This document shows positions 37,586-50,200 of a stretch of 64,000 nucleotides of DNA, piece by piece. A program made the translations under genes and the position numbers. The stretch's first letter is position 1, and each line of letters begins with the position of its first letter. The stretch spans positions 40,300,001 through 40,364,000 of the forward strand of contig CM059429.1 of the NCBI GenBank assembly GCA_030390025.1, in the 5' to 3' direction. The notes beneath the pieces were generated by a model that saw only the letters and a list, made by a program, of their open reading frames with translations, searched no databases and was not told the origin of the DNA. The DNA is from Squalus acanthias (lineage: Eukaryota).

Positions 37586-39870
37586 GGTAACCATTTTAGC
37601 TGCCAAAGTACTAAAAGTTTTCATTTAAAAGTATTAGCCTAATTGAAATTTTCTTTTTAAATTCCATAGCCAATGATATACCTTTTACTAATATTAAACT
37701 GAATTTACTACACCCTAGTTTAAATTTTTTACTGAATAGGGAAATAACCTGAAATTAAGTGGTAATCAACTAGTCTAATGAGTGTCGGACAAGTTGTAGT
37801 CGACATAAAATGGGTATTCACCTCACAAAACTGGCGAGCAGCCTCTCCACAATAAATGACTATCAGGCACATAAAAAGTGTCTCTAATGTTTCAATAAGA
37901 CTTCTTCTGACATCCTATTTAGAATACACCATCAATGTTCTTTTGCAATGGTGCATTCTCAATTCCACACAAAAATTATATTAGATAATAGTTTTTTCTT
38001 CCGAACGTAAAGAGAAAATACAAAAATTTTGTAACCATGTTCTAATTCCAACCAAATACCTCGTTTTAACTCAATTAATTAATTATTATAAAACTACATT
38101 GCCTGTATGTGCATTTGGGATTTCTGTGATTAGATTTATTTTCTCATTTACCATTTTTCTTTTAGAAAAAATCTTAAAAGGTTTGATTAAACAAAAACAG
38201 AAGTACAGTTGGATATAGAGTCTATGCTGCGATGAGAAGGCTGCACACAGGGCTCATATTTATAGATGTAGACTCAGTGGGTGGCACAAGGAGGGGCAGA
38301 CCCCCTCAGAATCAGCTTGATGTTAAGCTTTTTTTCTCTCCTTGCAGCATGTACATCAGCACTGTAAAGTACATAAACTATGACCCTCTCTTACCATCAA
38401 GAAACATTTACTCCTTTGCAGGTACTGAAATGGGAGATCTCTCATGCAGCCTTTATGCAGTAGCTTTTTGATCATTATGAGTCACTGAGTAATACTACAT
38501 TAAGGTTTGAATATTTACTTTTGCAGAAGCATATTTTTCAGCATGTAGCATCAGCTACCAGGATCCCCAATGCTAGCTACTTTATGGGGGCTGGGGAGGA
38601 AGAAAGGTTAGAAGCTCAGGCCAAGCAACAAAATGTTATACTTCTATGCCTTGGAAACATTAACATTTTGGACAAGACTTAAAAACCAACCACAGATTAT
38701 TTTAAGGGATAAGGCCCTATAAACAAAAGCATTATGAGTTATTATTATTATTATTCAAATAACCTGTTATATCTCTTTTTCAAATTTTCCAGATGACAAC
38801 AAGGATAATGCCATTGTAGCCATGATTCTGGAATATTCCTTGACTAGTTAGACTACTATTTTTTGTGAATACTCAAAAAAAGCCAGAATTCTGAACTTAA
38901 GAATCAATTAAAACGGACTTTTTGAACAGGTGCAGTTTCTGGGACAGGTCGCTTTGAAACCTCTGTTGCTATGCTGCCATTTTGTCTGCTGCAGCATGTT
39001 CACAGTGGAGTAGACTATATATAGCAGCACAAACTTTTTTAATGCTTTATTTAAAGGTGTTCTTAGTGTTCTACCTCAGTTGATACTCTGAAAACAGTAG
39101 CTTTAAATTATTTAATAACTGTGGAAACTGGGACTGTTGTTGCCCTAAATTTAGCATTTTAACTTCTGCTAACGCCACTTTCAAGATGGTGACTAAAACC
39201 TTCTGGAGATTAAAGTTATTTTGCATAAAGATGTGGTAAGTATTGAGGTGCTGCCACATTTACATAGCCAAGAATAAAATCAAATATTTAATAGAAATAA
39301 CATTTTCTTCTAGTTTCATATTTGATACCATACATGTGGTATAAACAGAATGCTGGATGATAATTCATTGAATATATAACTTATTCTATTCAGAACTTAG
39401 AGACTTACAGAACTCACTTGTACACATAATACTTATGAATTATTTGTTCCCTTCTGTCCTAGACCAGATTCTGTAATCAATGGTTTGCTATTGAGCATCC
39501 TCTCCCAGATAAAATTGCCCACAGTATAGATCCTATACAAATACACCAAACACACTTATATACACACACACACACACATAGACAAGAAAGATTACAATAC
39601 ATGTATATCGAGGCTCCGGGGGTTGCTTAGAGTGAAGCAGCCCCAGAGTGACACCTAATGTCCCAGCACAGCATACCACCACCCCCACCCCCTGCCCCAC
39701 ACACACACACACACAAATACAGACTGTATGACTGTTCTAGTGCCCAGCCAGTCCACACATCATCTGACAGCACAGAGAACCAAACATATTTAGTACGAGT
39801 ACCAAACTCCATTTTCTCATCTGTAGTTTTGAGTTGAGCCATATTTGTCTACAACTTCAAATAACTCCCT

Positions 39871-39980
39871 TCACACACACAGTGTATACATATACACACA
39901 CACATACATACGTACACACATACATATACACATACACATACATATACACATACACACAGAATATGTACACACATACACAA
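39871..39980. repeat. Imperfect (CA/TA)n microsatellite
   Basis: cacacacatacatacgtacacacatacatatacacatacac; similar short TA/CA runs at ~17085, ~32540, ~35415 and ~39560. Confidence 0.85.
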
Positions 39981-42900
39981 ACCCTAGCTCATGCAATTCA
40001 TTACAAAGAAGTGATGCTTCACAACACAAACTTGCTCTCAGTACTAACTGTAGGGGCAATAAATTAAGTATAAAAAAATGACTGATTTGAAGCTAAACCG
40101 TTCTGTGATGGTATTGAGTGATTTGTTTTCAAGTGAAGTAATTTGTGCTAATTGGGAATTATTGGGGGTTTTAGACTCACAGCATTCATTCTTTAATCTT
40201 TTCCATTTATCTTAGTAATGTTTGAGGTTGGAAGCCAGTGAATGTTAGCAAGATTTTACTGGATCTGACTGTCTGCACTGTCAGTCACACGTCTCAACAA
40301 ACTGCCAGCATGGCAGCGCTATACAATTTCCCAGAGTAGGGGCAGGTACAGACAAAGGAGAAAGGATACATGATATAATAATGGGATTCTAACAAACAAA
40401 AACCTTTATTCCCATCTAGAGAGAGAGGATGCAATGCACAAAATTAAATTGTAATAATCCCGTGCTGGGCTGCTGACACGACAAATTGAACCCACTTATA
40501 CCTGACTGTAAAGTACGTTTGGTGTGTTATAATTTTGCAAATTTACCTTCTATCCTCACTTTCATAACCAACATAAAAGTATTTTGTTCAATTAAAAATA
40601 AATTGGTTTGTTGAATAAAACTATTGGTTTATACTGATATTATTGATTGCATTGACCAGACACCTCTCTTGTTTTCCCTCCTAGCCTGCTTCTTATTATT
40701 TTATTTTCTCTCTTTGATTTGTCATGATTTTTCCTGTAGTTACTGAAAACTGTTCTTGATACTAGCTTATTTTAGTACCCATTGTACCACCCATCAGATG
40801 CTGTATTCCAGATCAGCACTCCCTCTTTTCAGATCCCATTGTATTTGTCACTTCTCTTTCATTAATTCTCTTCCCAAATCCTTACTATTTTAAATCAAAC
40901 TATCACAATGTTGTGTTCATTCTTCCCGCATTAACTTCAAACTCTCACTGCCTAAAATTGTTTATCAAAAAGCAGCAGACATTGACTGTAAAACATCTGG
41001 CCAGCTGCACACACCACCGATCACTAATTGCTGCCCTGCAAAGGGAGGAATCAAAAGCTCCATTAGTGCTTGGAGTGTCTCCCCTTCCTCAGTGAAGCAC
41101 ACTCATGCTCATTGTTGTCTCGGAAGGCCCTTGACAGAGGGAGTCATTGACTTTTTTCACAGGCTTGCCTGCAGAGTGGGCTGTGTGAAGTGCTATCAAG
41201 GCGTTGGTTGTGCATGTGTATAGTTGATGTTTAAACGTGATCCCTTTGACTAATCAAAAAAATAGATTTCACAGCCAGCCTTGGGAAATTAGGGTTTTCT
41301 CACACTCTTTCTCATCTATCTGTAAGATATTAAGCTACATATTCCATTCTGGCATTTATACATTTATGACCCACTATGTTCTAGTGCTCCATACACATAA
41401 AAAAGCCCATCTCCAATTGTATTAAACATCAATTTGAACAAAGGCTATTTGAAAAAAAGTCAATCACACTGAAAATTGTTTCTTTTTACCTAATGCAGTT
41501 CTTATTATTTACACCTATTGACTTGCCATATAAAGTGAGCAACAAAAGATATGCTTATTTCCACACAATTTATTTGAGAAACAAATATGCCAGGAACAAG
41601 CTTGATACGTATTTTTCTCACAGCTCATCAAAGGTGGCATGTGAGGGCTCAAATTAGAATTTCTTTCATTATCATGGCGCTTTCCTTCCAATCAGATTGT
41701 AAGTCATGATCTCTGGTCTTTGATTCATGTAGTGTAAATGTTTCTTTAATATTCACTGCAGTCTGAATCCAATTCAGTTTAGAACAAGGCAGTCTTTGAA
41801 CCAGCTAGAGGAAAAGATATCAACCCTAGTATTATGGAACCAAGGGAACACCAAACACATTTCAGTACTTTTTGCTATATTTTAAAGGCAATATTTGCAT
41901 CTTGCTTATATTTGAGGGTCAAAGTTTACATACTGTCATTTTTTTTGAATGTCATGTCACTATTCAAAGCCTCCTAAGGTTTTAGTTAATGTTTGTACTG
42001 TTGGTTAGCCTACAGCTGCTTAACCTACAGCTCCCCCTCTCACCTAAAGTATGATACTCAGTCCCGCTCGCTACAGTTCTTTCGGCTGTTAGTATTTACA
42101 TCTCCTAAAATAACTTACTAAAATGTACACTATTTCTGCGTGTAGTACCTTACTCAACCAAATGGTTGTTTTAATCAAGAATGTATGGCCTACAAACCCC
42201 ATGTAATGATGCAATAATTTGACACGAATTATTACACATTTAAAAGCAAGGGATCAGAACAGCAGAAACTGGTTAAGAAAACATGGCACTAAAAATAAGA
42301 AGACACAAATAATTAACAAAGCACGAGCAAGAGGTCCTCAAGGTTTTAAACCAAATTGTGGAGGAAATTAATGTGACCTTTTGCAGCAGTGTCCTGCACT
42401 GCCAGGACTCATCATACATTTCAAATGTAATCCAATTTGCCTGTCGTTTTCCCAATAAGGCTCTTTCGGTATTGCGCCAATGCTATTTCTGCTTTTCCAT
42501 CAGCAAGTTCATGACCTCTTCCTGCCCTCTTGATGACAGTTCATGCCTCAGGATTAAAAACTGCAAGCTCTCAGTGCATTAATTCTGCAATTCATCATTC
42601 TAGTGCAAAAGGACAGTTTCTGTGCAAGGACACCCCTGTAGATGCTGCAGAACTGGTTCCCAACACATCAGCCTCACGTTAATACTCAAAGTTAACCTTG
42701 CTCAATAGCAAAGGGAACAAGACATCCAAGGCAGATTTAAATCAAAGAACCACAGATGTATGTGATCCTTCCATCCTAATGTATTTCTGTTATTATTCAT
42801 GAATTAACGTTGTCTCCAAATTACTGTCCTGACTACAGCCTGAACGTTATTGAAACCAGATACAGGTGCAATCGATTTTGTGGGTGTTGTTAGTTTGAAG

Positions 42901-45900
42901 AAGCAACCTAAAAGTGCACCATTTCCTTTTGTTTTTATCTGTGGTAAGTCTTCCTTTACAGCGGCCTGGGTTTTCATTATCTGTCCACACATACATACAC
43001 CAGTCTAATCACCAACCCTAAAATGTTTGTTCCAATTCACTTGTGTGGTAATCTACAATGCAGACATTATACACACCTCACACAGAGATACAGACATGGA
43101 GGAATAGATCGAGTTCTTCGAGGTTTTTTTTTAGTTACACGAAATGTATCGAGTTGCAAGCAAGGAACCATTTACTTTGTGGCGCCCCATAATAAAAATA
43201 TTATCAAATGTCTGGATTAGAGATGAGCTGTTTATAAGTAACTGGAAGCTTTGCCTTGCATAGTACTCCCGAGAGTTGTAAACCGAACCACAACCCGTTG
43301 GTTATAATGAGGCAAAAACCACTCCTCAAAAAGGAAAACAGTGAAACACCAATTCTTCTTGCAGTTGTTTACTTAATGTGCTGTCATGGTATCTGGGGGA
43401 TTTGCTTCCTTTAAAAAAAATCCACTGAAAGGAACTGAATCCGCCAGCCCTTGTGCTGAAAACGCCAGAACAAGAAGGCATGCAACTCTGAATGCAGAAT
43501 CTACACCGGGCTGCCACATGAGCAGGTTTTTTTTTTACCATCCTGCATTCTTTAGATCGGCTTCCTTTATGGAAATGTAGAGGGAAGGGAAGGGGAGTAA
43601 AAGCCAACAGTAATGTGCGAAATTCACTTCAGACAAAAGGATCCCAGGAGCATACTGAAATTCACACCGTCCGGCCTCCTTCCATGTCTGCCTTGGATGA
43701 GGGAATTCTGCAGGGCGCGCCATCAGCTGATCGTGCTGTCGGGACACGGGGCGCAGGACTACAGTCCCCACTGCACAGCTCGGGCCAGGGCCGCAGCTCA
43801 ACGCGTAACCTCCGTCTCTTTATAGCGAGTGACCCATACCTTGCAACATGCTAGCCCGGCTCCCGTTAACAAAACGCTCATTAAGCACTTCACGCCTGCT
43901 GATGTGTACCGGCCATTATTGCTCACAGTATTGATTCGCAAATATAAGGAATCAGTATGTGGAATTTCAGTAATAGCGCTAATAGTTATATTGCCAAAGT
44001 CCAGTGCTTTATCTGTGCAGGGAATGGAAATGGATGGTACAAATGTGAAACTGATGCTTTATATTTTGTGCCTTTATCAATTTCATTATGGCGCGTTGCA
44101 CAGGAATTTATAATTCCAGAATCAAAATAAAAGCATAATTAATATAAATTTAAGCAAAACACTATTACATTTGTGTAAAAAAGATTAATCCCATTTTAGG
44201 ATTCCTCACAAAAATGGACGTCTTTCAGTATGCTGCAGTAAAAACAAGGACATTGAAGTTTTCAGTTTTACAAAATAAAATTCTGAAACGTCCTGAAAGG
44301 TATATTTTCTGGTTCTACTACTGGATGCAATATAACTGATCAAAAGTGCTTCTATGATTAAATATGGTTTCATTTTGCATAATACATCTTTTTAACATGT
44401 ATATCAAATTCTTTAATTCACGGTTATGATGGGGTCAGAATAGCTCATAAATGTGAGTTCTTACAATTTTATTAAATGGGCATATATGAGATTTGGAGAA
44501 TTCACCGGGCAACCTTTTTTTAAAATATATTTCCCCAAATACGCATTTGGGACATAATTTATACAAGTTAGGTCCCAATGCAAAAGTTGACAATGCAGGG
44601 TTTTTTTTATGGTTGACTCAGTTTTATATGAACAAATGTGCAAATTATATGCTGGGGTTAAACACTCAAACTGTACATACGTTCTGTGAATCTCCTGGCA
44701 ATGTAGCATTGAAGCTGTCTAATTACACGATTCCGCCCGGGAAAGCCGGGTGTTGTTTTATGAAGTTTTAGAGAAGATCAAACAATGAAAATAAACGCCC
44801 CATCGGTTTGCCAGAGCGATACATAACCGACATGATGCTGAATTTGGCGCAGGGTTAAAATGGGAATATTTAATCTGAGCTATGATTTGAAGTAAAGCAA
44901 TTTTCTCAAAGTGAGACCTTCTCGCCTTGTTACCGTCGCTTCGGAACAAATAGCCTGTGTCTGGTCGCAGCTCGAGCGCTCTGGCAAATGCAGTTCTTTG
45001 GGCTCTTGTATTCGGAACATGTTCGAAAGGCGGCAGGGGCGAATTTAGCGCAGGAAACGTTGCTCTAACTGCTGTGATCCTGTTCGTGGGGAGAATTTTA
45101 ATTGTACCCTGTTAACCGACGGCCCAGCGCGCTGTGATTATTCTGACGGTTTAACTGAATATAAGATATAGAACAGAACCGTTTACAACAGTGAGAATTT
45201 ACAGGAATTGGCATACTGCTCGTTGATGTAGATGAAGATATATTATATCTCACGATTTCTAGCTGTCACAGTCAGCTACTAAATATAGCCGGTTAATGTG
45301 TTGGATGTTTAGAAGAGAATTACAATCTATGCTGTAGCTCTCATCAATGGCACTCTATGGAAATCTAGAACCGCTAACGTTACTCTGTAACTGTAAAATC
45401 CCATTATTGAGTAAATCTCCCTGTGAAGTTCCATGTTTACAGGCTAACTGAATAACTTTTACATATTGTCGAGTTGAAAGCTTGAGACCAATTGAAGGGT
45501 TATCGAAAGCATCATGGACGCCAACAGTCAAAATTGATTTGGGGGCAACAAATAGTTAAAGGCATTCTGACCACTTTTTCGGCGTACGCAGACGAAATGT
45601 AAACTCGCCTCACACTGCACGCAAGTTGCAGTGACTGTAACTGCCTATAATGTCCCAAGAATTGCCTTTGCATCTCGGCTGTAAGAGGCCACTGCAGCTC
45701 CTATATACGTCTGGCAGCCATCTATTTCCAGTCGATACAAATTCCAGTCAACCTTGTTTCTCCAAAACAAGGCCAACTGAGACGAGACCTGTCATTAATG
45801 AATACTCATTTCTACGGATACCAAACTTTGATTGGCATTCATAGGTGGCCGATTCACAATGAGTTAAAATACTCTCAAACCCTGAACACTTGGATTCAAA

Positions 45901-46855
45901 ATGACTCGATTTCTAAACCGTCCTCTGTAAATCTGAAGGGGATGGGGGCCGCTGATGCTTGCAGCTAATCCCCATATAAAACCTCACCAAACTTTTTTCC
46001 CTTATCTTCCGTCGCAAGAAGTTGTTTGTTACTTTGTTTACCGTGGCTTCTAAACTCGGCAATTAAAAAAAAAACCTGCACTTCCGAACTACATCGTCTT
46101 TCCAAAGAATCCGGGTTCCCTGTTTATCACGATCTTATCTTGTTTAAATTTGCACCGACTGAACAATGGTGCAGTGTAGGGGACAGATCAGCGTTATCGT
46201 GTAAATGCGGTGGCCTCTGTTACTGCAAACTGACTAGTGGCCTCGACATGGAAGAGAAAACTCCAGGAGGTGGGTTTTAACTGCCAGGTATAGGCAGGTT
46301 TGGCCGATCGTCAGGGCCGATCGTCAGAGCCGATCGCAAACTTCGTGCACAAGATTTTCTCAGCCCCGCAAAAGCACAAGCTGCAATCCTCAGAATGTAT
46401 ATTCCAGTCATTCTCGGCTGCACCCCGATCGGCAGCACTGTTGCCAAAAAACTGTTCTTTATACTTGAAATTTCAACCTGACTCTTTCTTCCGAGTATAA
46501 CATACATACTGTACAACTACCTAAACGTTACCTACATGCATCGTTCCTAAAGATACCAGAAACCAGCAAATGCGAAGTAATGAACTCCAAAACACAAGTT
46601 TATGTAGCAACTGTTTCCGTATAAACTATACGTCCGTGACAGGGTGGCTTGGTTTGAATAGACGGAATTACTCGTAAAACATAAGGGAAAATATCTGGAT
46701 CGCTCTGTTTTCCTATCAGGTGGACTCAGAGACTTGCATGTAGCTGCCGCGATCCTGTTGCCTTCTCCGTGCCCCTGTATGAATCCAATGGCAATTGCTG
46801 CCTTTCATCAAATGTTAAGAGCAATGGGACCTCTGAAAGAGACAGGCTGTCCTAC

Positions 46856-46910
46856 CTTCAACAGCCATCGTTAGCGGGAAGCAGAAGTACAAAAGCACCG
46901 AGATATCCAT
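46856..46910 (-). CDS. EPHB3: EphB receptor (EPHB3-like) coding exon 1: signal peptide MDISVLLYFCFPLTMAVE plus the first base of the next codon
   Basis: Minus strand reads aacattATGG (A at -3, G at +4) with an in-frame upstream TAA. It encodes 18 mostly hydrophobic codons ending AVE, then G|gtagga (phase-1 donor). Joined to exon 2 it gives ...AVE-E-TLMD, the typical EphB N-terminus. Confidence 0.88.
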
Positions 46911-47240
46911 AATGTTAACGTTGGCCACTTCCCCTCTCCTAGACTCGTCTTATTCCAGTGCTGAGCTCACACTGCTCTCTCGACCGCTCTGGCACTTCGT
47001 CAGGAATCAGTAGTGAATGAGTGCGGCTTGCTGGGAAAGCCACTCGGGCTGTCAGTCAGAGAGGCCGGTCCGCCCACAGGCTCGGGATTCATTGCTGTGT
47101 TTGGGAGGCTGCTCCCAGGCCTGGATGGTGTGGACTGAGCGCCTCCTACCGGCCGCCACCACCCTCGGCACCCAAGCAGCACCGCAAACTGGAGGAGAAC
47201 CGGACAAATGGACACCAGCTCCTTAGCAAAAGGGAAACCT
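46911..47240 (-). other. EPHB3: Probable EPHB3 5' UTR (GC-rich; upstream limit and TSS unknown)
   Basis: GC/CpG-rich stretch directly upstream of the start codon that gives way to AT-rich sequence above ~47250. Confidence 0.5.
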
Positions 47241-50200
47241 GCAGAGTTTCACCCGGATTTATTGATTTTATTATTCAAATCACTGAAGGTCACACAGATA
47301 TTGCTGATTTCTTGACTACAGCGCAGTGTATAAACCGTATTGATAAATAGGTAATTACACAGGGATACAGGTAATTTGTTTATCGATCTCATCAGTCTAC
47401 TTGTCATATTGGCATCTCACCAAGTTTCGAATCTTCAAAACCCAGCCGCTGCTTCGCCACTGCTTCTCTAAAGTGTTGCACCCTTTTATTTATATAAAAA
47501 TTACATAGCCCGCGATTTTATAAAAGAACCGGTATTTTTCTGAAATATATATACTGTATGTATCGTTGACAATAATCAGACCTCGCGTCTGAAGGTTGTG
47601 ATTACTGTAAAATACAAAAAGTGCTGTTTTAACAAGGAACGCACATCTGTTCAGGTGTAAAACAGACTTGTCGGTCTTTGACGCTCGATTTAATTATAGT
47701 CTTTAATAGATGAAAACAGCACAACAGAAAATAGTGCAAGAACTGAAAATTAACTTTTTTAAACTGTTCAATGCATTATCCTTGCCACTATATTTTGCGT
47801 CTTTCATTGAGGGACACAGAACATTGTTTATAATTGGCTTTATTTTGACAGTGTTCACAGCTCATGTTTCCTCTTTTTTCAGAAAAAAAGTTTAAAAGTT
47901 TTTTGTAGAATGTAACGATCATGAATCGAAACAGTGGTTGAGTGTGATATTCCTGAGAACTATTTGGTAAAATCCTAATTCATTAGCAGGAACAATAGAA
48001 AGCCTGCAGATCACATTACACCTATAATAATGGTCCTTTCGCACTTCCGAAACAGTTAAACTTGACTTAATTGGGATAACTGATGAAACATTCAGGGTCC
48101 CGCGGTGGACTGTGATTTACTTGTACATAATGGCTCTGCAAAAATTGAGAACATGTCGATTCGCCCTTAAGTTCCCGCCTGTAGTAAGAATTCCACTATA
48201 CTTGTCTTGGTCTCCTTATCGACTTCTGATAGTTCGGCTAATTCAACCGGTGTTGGTTGTGTGTGTGCTGCACTGAGGAATGCAAGCTTTACAGGTAGCT
48301 GGTCATAATTTGGACAGTTTCGATATTTCCTGATGTACCAATTTCCCTGTAAACTGTCTGCAAACTCTTTGCGCATGGAACAATACTGTCGTTCAAAACT
48401 AAGCACATTACACGCCTTGCTGAATTCTGTAAATATTCACAGAAATTACAAGGACATTTATTTGTAAACATTCCAAACAGTAAATTCGCCTGAGCAAATA
48501 AAGGACTCAGACCCGATTTGCTTCGTGTTAACAATGGGGACAGTGTAGAACATGTATCCTGGAGGATGATACTGAGTCTGGCTGACGTTTGGCAGGTAGA
48601 AAACTATCAGAATGTAAAACAAATGTCAGAGCTTGGCAGCAAAATGATACTTCAGTAGAAAAAAAAACATTTTATTAAAACATTTAATTAACAAATGGGA
48701 GTTTATAGAAATAATAAAGAGGCAGATTTGGGTTTTAAAAGTACATGTTTAATGGGCACATACTTAAGTGCAGTCGGCTGAACAAACAACTTACAGCAAC
48801 TTTCAATTTGTTTTCAATTTATTAAGTGCAGTGCTATCACAAGCATGGTCGCATCCATCCTTATTATACACTAGTAAGTTTACTTAAAAGCATGTTTTTC
48901 TCATCCCAACCTAATCCGCCTAAACGTTCCATGCTATGTATGCTCCACACTACATCATATCAATATTGTTTTTCTCCCACTTTAATGTATTACGGATGTC
49001 ATTTCATGTAACAAGGTTGATTTTATAAATCATGCATCTAATGTTTAATTTAAATGTAATGACCATGAATGATGAAGACATCTCGATACGTTAGCTGCTT
49101 TTGGTTTTTCTAAGGTATCATTGCATAGAAACATATATCAAAAGAAAAAAACAATCTCTGACTTCAACTGCATCGCCGTGATGTTATTCTGAATTCTTAT
49201 AATTCAAAGCTGACGCAATTCTAAATTCGAGTTAAAAACTCACTTCTCTTTTTAATTCCCCCACACAGGCCAATGCAATGCTGCATGACGTTCTCTTCAT
49301 TGGCTTTTAGCGAAATCTTAATAGGCCCTAACAGGCATTTTCTTCTTGCCAGTTTCTTTTCACACATTTGAGAATGGGAGGGAGGCTCAGAGTACTGTTC
49401 CTTACTTCTCTTGCTCATCCGCTGACTCACATCTCCTTTTGCATTAGAATCGACACCGAGGGGAATGTTCCCTAGAGTTGTTCGAAGCTTGACTATATCA
49501 TGGCATTTCTAGAGATTATATTTTTATGCTTTAATTTGAACTGTTGAAATGTCACCTTATACTCTCATGGAGATGATTGTTCCTTTAATTAAAACAGAAA
49601 ATGGAAATAGTGTTTTGCTGTTAAAGACAGACTTCATATATTCATCCAGCAGAAGACTTGAAAGCAAAACAAAAAGCTCAAAGCAGCCTGCGCGTATATA
49701 TTTCCCTCACCTAAAAAGGATTGCCTTACAAGGAGGGGTAAAAATCGAAGCAAAGGCCCACTGAAAAGCACAAAAAGAAATTATATAAATAACTGGAAGG
49801 GTCGTGAAAACTAATACACCGTAGCATTAATTTTCTCTTAGGGAAAAGTATGACATTATCCACACACAGGTACAAAATATGGCCCTGTTATTATCAGTAC
49901 TGTAAGTTATACATTTCTATAAGGTATATTCATATTATCGTTTTTTACAGGAACACCCAATACTAGATTATTATTTTAGATTATGTTACAATTATTATCA
50001 ATGGGTGGCATTGTTTTATAATTGTTATTCGTGAACATGTGCATATAAGCTGCGCTATTATTTGCAATATGCAATATTATCATTTGCACGTATTTACTTA
50101 AAGGCACGTTGTTATTTTCACATACATTTCCAATAAGAGATGCTGTTCTATGTAAAAGAGATGAATTGTTTTTTAAAATCTCTACTTCCGATGATCTCAT

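Noticed and set aside
47000-47215. 71-aa minus-strand ORF with a signal-peptide-like start as a candidate EPHB3 exon 1
   Set aside because: It starts at GTG and has no suitable donor; 46910-46856 has an ATG, Kozak context, donor and correct phase.
47238-47260. Possible minus-strand acceptor ctctgcag|g implying an upstream non-coding exon
   Set aside because: The polypyrimidine tract is very short; not supportable without transcript data.
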